A stretch of 64,000 nt of DNA from an uncultured Chloroflexia bacterium (lineage in GTDB: Bacteria; Chloroflexota; Limnocylindria; Limnocylindrales; CSP1-4): assembly GCA_963798955.1 (NCBI GenBank), contig CAWCVO010000002.1:512122-576121 (forward strand), written 5' to 3'. Made by a program: the position numbers and the translations under genes. Each line of letters begins with the position of its first letter. Positions within the stretch are counted from its first letter, which is position 1. Below are positions 54,361 through 64,000 of this stretch, piece by piece. The notes below the pieces were generated by a model. That model had not been told where the DNA came from, did no database searches, and saw nothing but the letters and a program-made list of their open reading frames with translations.

Positions 54361-54911
54361 GTGCCGCACCTGCCCTCGACCACGGCCCGGCGCTACGCGG
54401 AGGCGGTTTTCCAGATCGCCCAGCGCGACGGTACCGTGGAGGAGTGGCTCGCGCAGCTCGATCGGGTTGCCGCCGCGGTGACCGACGAGGAAGTCGTTCG
54501 CCGGCTGGAGGACCCGGCCGTACCCTTCGCTGAGCGACACGAGGCATTCAAGGCCCTGTTCACGGGCAAGATGCTCGATCCGCTGTACAACCTCCTGGGC
54601 ATCGTGCTGCGGCGCCGCCGGCTCGAGCTGCTGCCGGGCATTGCCCGGGAGTACCGGGCGCTCTACAACCGCAGCGCGGCATCGTGGCGGCAACGGCGAC
54701 CAGCGCCGGCGACCTCGATCCGGCAGAGGTCAGCGCCCTCCGGGAACGACTGCAAAAGATGACAGGGGCGCACATCGAGCTGAACCTCGTCGTCGATCCG
54801 GCTTTGCTCGGCGGCATCCAGGTGCGCCTGGGCGATCAGCTCCTCGACGGCAGCGTGCGCGGCCGTCTGGAGCGCCTGCGCGAACAAATCAGCAGCGGCA
54901 GCGTGAGCTAG
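54361..54911 (+). CDS. atpH: F1 ATP synthase subunit delta, interrupted by a 1-nt frameshift at ~54670-54674
   Basis: N-half ARRYAEAVF...ALYNR in one frame and C-half QRGIVAATATSA...DPALLGG...DGSVRGRL in the -1 frame. Confidence 0.85.
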
Positions 54912-54923
54912 GAGTAATACCGG

Positions 54924-56456
<1,533 letters not shown>

Positions 56457-56477
56457 GGACGCGGAGAGAGCCCGCAG

Positions 56478-57332
56478 ATGCCCAGCCAGCGCGAGATCCG
56501 GCGGCGGATCGCATCGGTGCGCAACATCAAGCAGATCACGCGCGCCATGCAGTTCGTCGCCGCTTCGAAGCTCAAGCGGGCGCAGGACGCGACGCTCCAG
56601 GCGCGACCGTACGCCGAGAAGATCGACGAGGTCCTCGCGGACGTCGCCTCGGTGCTCGGTGGCGAGGAGCATCCGCTGTTGGCCAAGCGCGAGGGCGGCA
56701 CGCGCGCCATCGTGCTGCTGACCAGCGATCGCGGCCTGGCCGGCTCGCTGAATACCAACACGATCAGGTTCGCCTCGGAGCAGATCACCGCGACCGAGGC
56801 CGAGATTCGTGTCATCACGGTGGGCCGCAAGGGTCACGCCGCGATGCGCCGGGCGCGAGTACCCATTGCCGCGACTTTCGAGGGCTTTGGCGAGCGACCC
56901 GACTTTGCGTCGATCGTGCCGCTGGCGCGACTGTTGACCGACGACTACCTGGCCGAGACATACGACGCGGTCGACCTGGTCTACCCGCGCTTCATTTCGA
57001 CGCTCGTCCAGCGACCGATCATCGACCGCCTGCTCCCGATCGAGCCGAGCGATTCGGCCGCCGAGGGCATCCCCGGGCGCCAGTTCATCTTTGAACCCAA
57101 TCCCGATGCCGTGCTCCGGCAGCTGCTGCCCCGCTACGTGGCGACGCGCGTCTTCCAGGCCGCGCTCGAGCTCACGGCGAGCTTCTACTCGGCCCAGATG
57201 GTGGCGATGAAGAACGCGACCGAGAATGCCGAGGACCTGATCGACGACCTGACCCTCACCTACAACAAGGTTCGCCAGGCGAACATCACCCGCGAGATGA
57301 TCGAGATCGCGACAGGCGCCGAGGCGTTCTGA
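56478..57332 (+). CDS. atpG: F1 ATP synthase subunit gamma
   Basis: KQITRAMQ, TSDRGLAG, RQANITREMIEI. Confidence 0.96.
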   Translation: MPSQREIRRRIASVRNIKQITRAMQFVAASKLKRAQDATLQARPYAEKIDEVLADVASVLGGEEHPLLAKREGGTRAIVLLTSDRGLAGSLNTNTIRFASEQITATEAEIRVITVGRKGHAAMRRARVPIAATFEGFGERPDFASIVPLARLLTDDYLAETYDAVDLVYPRFISTLVQRPIIDRLLPIEPSDSAAEGIPGRQFIFEPNPDAVLRQLLPRYVATRVFQAALELTASFYSAQMVAMKNATENAEDLIDDLTLTYNKVRQANITREMIEIATGAEAF

Positions 57333-57349
57333 CGCAGAGGAGGTTCTGA

Positions 57350-58774
<1,425 letters not shown>

Positions 58775-58817
58775 GCCGTCGGCGACTCGATCTTTCCGAT
58801 AGTGGGAATGTCTGACG

Positions 58818-59246
58818 ATGCCATTGCTGCTTGAGATCGTGACGCCGGAACGCCTGGCCTACAGCGACCAGGTCGACGAGGTGGTATGCCCGGGGATCGA
58901 GGGGGAGCTGGGCGTGCTGCCGCACCACGCGCCGCTGCTGACCACGCTGGGGGTCGGTGAGCTGCGCATCAAGAAGGGCAACGAGGAGGAGTTCTTCGCC
59001 ATTGCCGGTGGCTTCCTGCAGGTTCGCCCGGACAAAGTGGTGGTCATGGCCGAGACAGCCGATATGGCCTCCGAGATCGATCTCGAGCGCGCTCGTGAGG
59101 CACGTCGCGAGGCAGAGCAGGCGCTCGCCGAGGGCTTCGAGGAACCGGCCGACATGGCGCGCGCCCGCGCCGCGCTGCAGCGCGCCCTGCTGCACATCCG
59201 CGTCGCCGAACGCCGTCACCGCGAGGGTCCGCGCACGCGCGGCTGA
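58818..59246 (+). CDS. atpC: F1 ATP synthase subunit epsilon
   Basis: LEIVTPER, GELGVLPHHAPL, EIDLERA. Confidence 0.95.
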   Translation: MPLLLEIVTPERLAYSDQVDEVVCPGIEGELGVLPHHAPLLTTLGVGELRIKKGNEEEFFAIAGGFLQVRPDKVVVMAETADMASEIDLERAREARREAEQALAEGFEEPADMARARAALQRALLHIRVAERRHREGPRTRG

Positions 59247-59252
59247 ATCGAG

Positions 59253-60599
59253 TTGGCCGGTGACCGTCGGTTCCACTGGGAATACCAGGAACTACCCGTC
59301 GAGCGTGAAGCCTTCCGGGTAACCGGGGGCCAGCCGCTGCGTGGCCACGTGCGCATCAGCGGCAGCAAGAACGCGGCGCTCAAGATGCTTGCTGCGGCCA
59401 CGCTCACCGGCGAGCGCTGCCGCTTCACGAACATGCCCGAGATCGAGGACGTGCGCGTGATGGTCGGCGTCCTGCGCGACCTCGGCGTGGTCGTCGAGCA
59501 TCCTGCACCGAACGTGTACGAAGTGGCCGCCGGCGACGTGGAATGGCTCTTCGTACCGCTCGAGGCGGCGGCCAAGATGCGCGCCAGCTTCATCCTGCTC
59601 GGCCCGCTGCTGGCCCGTTTCGGGCGCGTGATCATCAGCAACCCAGGTGGCGATCGGATAGGCCGCCGGCCGGTCAACCTGCACGTGGACGCCATGCGCG
59701 CCCTGGGCGCGGACATCGAGTACCGCAACGGCTACTACTTCGCGCGATCCTCGGGGCGCCTGCGTGCGACGGACATAACCTTTCCCGCGGTGACGGTGAT
59801 GGGCACCGAAAACGCGATCCTCGCCGCAGCACTGGCCGATGGTGTGACGACCATCAAACCTGCCGCGCGCGAGCCGGAGGTGGACGACCTGATCAGCCTG
59901 CTGCAGAAGATGGGCGGGACGGTCGAGCGCACGGATCCCGACACGATCGTCGTGGAGGGTCAGCGCCGCCTGCGTGGCGCCGAACACGATGTGATCTCCG
60001 ATCGCATCGAGGCGGGCACCTTCGTCGTGGCAGCCGCGGTGACCGGCGGTGACGTGACGCTCGACTCTGCGCCGTGCGACCACCTGGGCGCTTTTCTCGA
60101 CGTGGTCACCGACATCGGCGTGCCGGTGGCCTGCGGACGCGATTCGATCGATGTGCACTGCGGCGGTGAGGTCCATCCGCACTTCCGCCCGCGCGACGTC
60201 GCCACGGCACCGTATCCGGGGCTCGCGACGGACCTGCAGCCGCCCACGTCGGTCCTGCTCAGCCAGGCTGACGGCACCAGCCGCCTGCACGAAACCATCT
60301 TCGAGGATCGCCTCGAGTGGCTGTCCCAGCTGGGCCGACTTGGCGCCCGAGTTGACCTGATCGATGATCGTCACGCCGCGATCCACGGGCCCGCCCAGCT
60401 GACCGGGGCGGAGGTGGAAATGGGCGACCTGCGGGCGGGCGCTTCACTGATGCTCGGCGCGCTGGCGGCACAGGGCACGAGCCTGATCCACGGCGCGCAC
60501 CACGTTCGCCGAGGGTATGAGAACATCGAAGGGAAGTTCCTCGATCTCGGCGCGCGGATCGAGCGTGTTTCGGAAGGGGCGGGCGTTACCAAGTCATGA
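59253..60599 (+). CDS. murA: UDP-N-acetylglucosamine 1-carboxyvinyltransferase (Asp-type active site)
   Basis: [40 protein letters not shown]. Confidence 0.94.
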   Translation: MAGDRRFHWEYQELPVEREAFRVTGGQPLRGHVRISGSKNAALKMLAAATLTGERCRFTNMPEIEDVRVMVGVLRDLGVVVEHPAPNVYEVAAGDVEWLFVPLEAAAKMRASFILLGPLLARFGRVIISNPGGDRIGRRPVNLHVDAMRALGADIEYRNGYYFARSSGRLRATDITFPAVTVMGTENAILAAALADGVTTIKPAAREPEVDDLISLLQKMGGTVERTDPDTIVVEGQRRLRGAEHDVISDRIEAGTFVVAAAVTGGDVTLDSAPCDHLGAFLDVVTDIGVPVACGRDSIDVHCGGEVHPHFRPRDVATAPYPGLATDLQPPTSVLLSQADGTSRLHETIFEDRLEWLSQLGRLGARVDLIDDRHAAIHGPAQLTGAEVEMGDLRAGASLMLGALAAQGTSLIHGAHHVRRGYENIEGKFLDLGARIERVSEGAGVTKS

Positions 60600-61585
60600 A
60601 GATCGGCATCGACCTCGGCACGGCCAACATCCTTGTCTACGTGAAGGGCCGGGGAATCGTCGCTCGCGAGCCGAGCGTGGTCGCAGTCAGCGACGACAAC
60701 CACATCGTCGCCGTCGGCGAGGAGGCGCGCGAGATGATCGGCCGCACGCCGGGCAACATTTCGGCTATCCGGCCCATGAAGGACGGCGTGATCGCGGACT
60801 ATGTGATCACCGAGGCGATGCTGCGCTACTTCATCAAGAAGGCGGGCCGGTCGTTCACCAAGCCGGACGTGATGATCAGCGTTCCTTCCGGGGTGACCAG
60901 CGTCGAGAAGCGGGCCGTACGCGACGCCGCGCTCAAGGCCGGAGCACGCGAGGCGTACCTGATCGAGGAGCCGCTCGCGGCAGCCATCGGCGCCAACGTG
61001 CCCATCAGCGGGCCGTCGGGCAACCTGATCATCGACATCGGCGGCGGGACGAGTGAGATCGCGGTGATCGCGCTGGGTGGCATCGTCGTGGCGCGCTCGG
61101 TGCGCGTCGGCGGCAATCGCTTCGACGAGGCGATCGGCAACTACGTGCGCAAGAAGTACAACGTGATGATCGGTGACCGCACGGCCGAGGACGTCAAGAT
61201 CCAGATCGGCGCGGCGCTACCGCTGGAACGTGAGCTGCACATGGAGGTGCGCGGGCGCGACCTTATCGCCGGCCTGCCGCGTACCGTCCCGCTGAGCAGC
61301 TCGGAGGTGACGGAGGCGCTCGAGGTGCCTCTCCAGCAGATCGTCGGCGCAGTGCGCGGCGTGCTCGAGGAGACGCCGCCCGAGCTGTCGAGCGACATCA
61401 TCGACAAGGGCATGGTCATGAGCGGCGGCGGCGCGCTGTTGCGCAACATTGACAAGCTGCTCACCCAGGTCACTGGCGTGCCCTGCCACGTAGCGGAAAA
61501 CGCCCTTAACTGCGTGGCCCTGGGCACAGGCCTGGCGCTTGAGAATTTCGACTTCTTCCGCAAGTCGCTCGTCCAACGCATCTGA
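60596..61585 (+). CDS. mreB: Actin-like rod shape-determining protein MreB/Mbl
   Basis: [31 protein letters not shown]. Confidence 0.95.
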   Translation: MKIGIDLGTANILVYVKGRGIVAREPSVVAVSDDNHIVAVGEEAREMIGRTPGNISAIRPMKDGVIADYVITEAMLRYFIKKAGRSFTKPDVMISVPSGVTSVEKRAVRDAALKAGAREAYLIEEPLAAAIGANVPISGPSGNLIIDIGGGTSEIAVIALGGIVVARSVRVGGNRFDEAIGNYVRKKYNVMIGDRTAEDVKIQIGAALPLERELHMEVRGRDLIAGLPRTVPLSSSEVTEALEVPLQQIVGAVRGVLEETPPELSSDIIDKGMVMSGGGALLRNIDKLLTQVTGVPCHVAENALNCVALGTGLALENFDFFRKSLVQRI

Positions 61586-61593
61586 GGACCGCC

Positions 61594-62310
61594 CTGAGCG
61601 AGCCATCCGCGGCTGTCGGCCGATCATTCCTGGATCTCCACTGCCACACGTCGGCGTCATTCGATTCGCTCAGCCCGCCCGCTGACGTGATGCGTGCCGC
61701 GCTGCAACGCGGCCTGACGCACCTGGCCATCACCGACCACGACCGCATCGACGGCGCCCTGGCAGCGCGCGACACCGCGCCTGAGGGGTTGAGCGTGATC
61801 ATCGGCCAGGAGATCCGCACCAACGCCGGCGATCTCATCGGGCTGTTCCTCGAGCGGCCGGTCAAGCCGGGGCTGCCGCCGCATGAAGCGGCAGCGGCAG
61901 TGCACGAACAGGGCGGCCTGGTTGGCCTGCCGCATCCCTTCGATCGTTTCCGATCCGGTGCGGGGCGGCCCGAGTGGGCGACCGAGCTCGAGCAACTGCT
62001 GCCGCACGTGGACTACATCGAGGCATGGAACGCGCGCCTGATGCTCGGCAACGGCAACGCGCGCGCGGCAGAACTTGCCGCAACCCACAAGCTGCCCGGC
62101 GTGGCCGTCTCGGACGCCCACACGGTGCTCGAGGTCGGCGTGGCCTACAGCGTCGTTCCTGGACCCGCTGACACGGCCTACGAGCTCCGTTTGGGCCTGC
62201 AGCAGGTCAGCATCGTCATCGGCCACAGCTCACGGCTCATGCGCCTGGGCGGCCCGCTGGCGAAGCTCATCCAACGCCTGCGCGGTAACCGCCGGGTCCA
62301 GCCGGTATGA
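61594..62310 (+). CDS. PHP-domain phosphoesterase, probable CTG start
   Basis: DLHCHT, ITDHD, GQEI, PHPF and SDAH motifs. The first motif lies upstream of any in-frame ATG/GTG/TTG. GAGGA lies 5 nt before CTG 61594. Confidence 0.8.
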   Translation: MSEPSAAVGRSFLDLHCHTSASFDSLSPPADVMRAALQRGLTHLAITDHDRIDGALAARDTAPEGLSVIIGQEIRTNAGDLIGLFLERPVKPGLPPHEAAAAVHEQGGLVGLPHPFDRFRSGAGRPEWATELEQLLPHVDYIEAWNARLMLGNGNARAAELAATHKLPGVAVSDAHTVLEVGVAYSVVPGPADTAYELRLGLQQVSIVIGHSSRLMRLGGPLAKLIQRLRGNRRVQPV

Positions 62311-63374
62311 ACGAGCAAGAGGTCGTGGACTATCCCGGCGTGCGCGAGGCACCCGAGCCGCCGCCGCCGCTATCGCGCAGACTGCGCGATCCACGCACGA
62401 TCATCTCGATTGTTCTGCCGCTCGTGCTGGTCGTACTCATCGCGGTCTACGCGGGCAACATTGATTTCGCGGCCATGGCGCAGTCGATCGCCAATGCCAA
62501 CCCGCTGCTGTTGCTGTTGGCCCTGCTCATCTACTACGTGGGCTTTCCGCTCCGCGGCCTGCGCTGGGAGCTGCTGCTGCGCGGCGCCGGAACCGATGTG
62601 CGCCTGCGCGACGCAACCGAGATCATCTTCATCAGCTGGTTGGTCAACTGCCTCGTCCCGGCCAAGCTCGGCGACGTCTATCGCGCGTGGCTGCTGCGCG
62701 CCAACTTCGTCGTCTCGTTGAGCCGCACCTTTGGCACCGTGTTCATCGAGCGCATCTTCGACCTGTTCGCGATTGTGCTGTTGGGCCTGGCGGCTGGCTT
62801 CTGGAGCTTTCGCACCGGCATGTCGCCCGAGGTGCAGCTGGTCTTCGGTGTCGGGCTGGCGATCATCGCGGCGCTGGCCGTGGGCCTGTTCCTGGTGCGC
62901 AACTTCGGTCGGCGGCTGATGCACCGCCTGCGCGTGCCGGAGCAATTCGTCGAGTTCTACGACCGCTTCGAGGAGGGCGTCTTCTCGATTGATGCCCGGC
63001 GCGTGCCGATCCTGGGGATCCTGACGGTGCTCATCTGGGCAACCGAGGCGATGCGCCTGTACCTGGTCATCCTGGCCCTCGGTTTCCCGCTCAGCCTGGG
63101 CATCAGCGGCGCCTTCTTCGTGGCGCTGATCGCGTCGCTGCTCACGGCCGTGCCGTTCACGCCTGCTGGCCTGGGCCTCGTCGAGCTGGGTGTGGGGAGC
63201 ATCCTCATCACGCTCTACAACGCGCCCGTCAACGACGCCACCGCGATCGTGCTCGTCGACCGGGCAATCAGCGTGCTCTCGATCATCTTCTTCGGCAGCA
63301 TCGCCTACGTGCTGTCAGCCAAGACGAAGACGCGTCCGCGGCAGGCCGTGGAAACGGAAGTCGCTCCCGGCTGA
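62307..63374 (+). CDS. Lysylphosphatidylglycerol-synthase TM / flippase-like (UPF0104) membrane protein
   Basis: RGLRW, NCLVPAKLGDVYR, ERIFD, TPAGLGLVE, DRAIS. Confidence 0.85.
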   Translation: MNEQEVVDYPGVREAPEPPPPLSRRLRDPRTIISIVLPLVLVVLIAVYAGNIDFAAMAQSIANANPLLLLLALLIYYVGFPLRGLRWELLLRGAGTDVRLRDATEIIFISWLVNCLVPAKLGDVYRAWLLRANFVVSLSRTFGTVFIERIFDLFAIVLLGLAAGFWSFRTGMSPEVQLVFGVGLAIIAALAVGLFLVRNFGRRLMHRLRVPEQFVEFYDRFEEGVFSIDARRVPILGILTVLIWATEAMRLYLVILALGFPLSLGISGAFFVALIASLLTAVPFTPAGLGLVELGVGSILITLYNAPVNDATAIVLVDRAISVLSIIFFGSIAYVLSAKTKTRPRQAVETEVAPG

Positions 63375-63428
63375 AGAACGGCGTTTTCGCCGGGTTGGAG
63401 GACGGCGCTGGGGCGCCGCCCGCGGGAG

Positions 63429-63851
63429 CTAGTTGCGGTTGGGCAGGCGAGGGGCGAGAACGCCACCGTCGCGGCCGGGCTGTGCCTGCCGCGCGGCCTG
63501 CAATCGGCGCATGCGCAGGGCCAGGTAATACTCCATGACCTGGCGTACCTGCGGTTCGCTGAGCAGGTCGTCCGAGCGCAACGCGTACTCGACGCGTGCT
63601 GTGGGATGGCTGGTGGTCGACGCGACCAAGCCGAAGTAGTGTGGCGTTTCGGTCTCGTCACGCAGCTCGCGCAGGCCGCGCGCCAGCTTGGTGGCGGTGC
63701 CCAGGGATGGAGTCCGGTCTCCGCGCACGAGGCGCGAGATCGTCGAATGGTCGACGCCGGACTGCTGCGCGAGCTGACGCTGCGACATCTTCTTGGCTTT
63801 GAGCTGGGTGCGGAGCCACTCGTTGAAGGCCCGCCCATTCTGGACGCTCAT
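63429..63851 (-). CDS. XRE-family helix-turn-helix regulator
   Basis: MSQRQLAQQSGVDHSTISRLVRGDRTPS. GGAGAG upstream. Confidence 0.85.
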   Translation of the reverse strand: MSVQNGRAFNEWLRTQLKAKKMSQRQLAQQSGVDHSTISRLVRGDRTPSLGTATKLARGLRELRDETETPHYFGLVASTTSHPTARVEYALRSDDLLSEPQVRQVMEYYLALRMRRLQAARQAQPGRDGGVLAPRLPNRN

Positions 63852-64000
63852 CGGATCGTTTTTCTCTCTCCCGTGCCGGGCATTCGGCGACTGCCGGCAT
63901 CATCCGGTGCACGTCCGTTGCTCGATATAGGCCCTTGGTACGCCCTCGGTACCGACGGTACTCGGGGACGAATGGCCTACCGGACGTTCAGGCCCGCGGT

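Overview
High-GC bacterial chromosome segment spanning the replication origin. The gene set and protein features resemble Chloroflexota, but this is inference and was not verified by search. From left to right it contains: (i) a membrane glycosylation cluster with a >1343-aa double GT-C fusion running off the left edge and missed by the ORF track, an orphan GT-C-like protein, a DUF2723/TMEM260-like protein and a GT2 polyprenol-P-sugar synthase; (ii) dnaA-oriC-dnaN-recF-dciA plus two extra genes, csaA, and the divergent rpmH-rnpA-yidD-yidC-jag-vanW; (iii) a ~20 kb minus-strand block (parS x4, parA-parB-gyrB-paaI-alkD-like-gyrA-prs-secA...prfB with +1 frameshift-ctpA-smpB-tmRNA); (iv) mreD-mrdA-rodA, rplU-rpmA-rpmE-DUF1385-prfA-prmC-tsaC-glyA-wecA, the atp operon, murA-mreB-PHP-flippase-like and an XRE regulator. 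No mobile element, CRISPR, rRNA or tRNA was seen. The best novelty candidates are a 15-codon leader ORF with a perfect 12-nt Shine-Dalgarno and attenuator-like alternative pairings upstream of smpB, an 8-Cys (twin CX3CX2C) microprotein translationally coupled to prfB, the giant fused glycosyltransferase locus, LexA-type boxes at tmRNA and ribosomal-protein promoters, a 38-bp tandem parS array, and a PHP gene that appears to need a CUG start.
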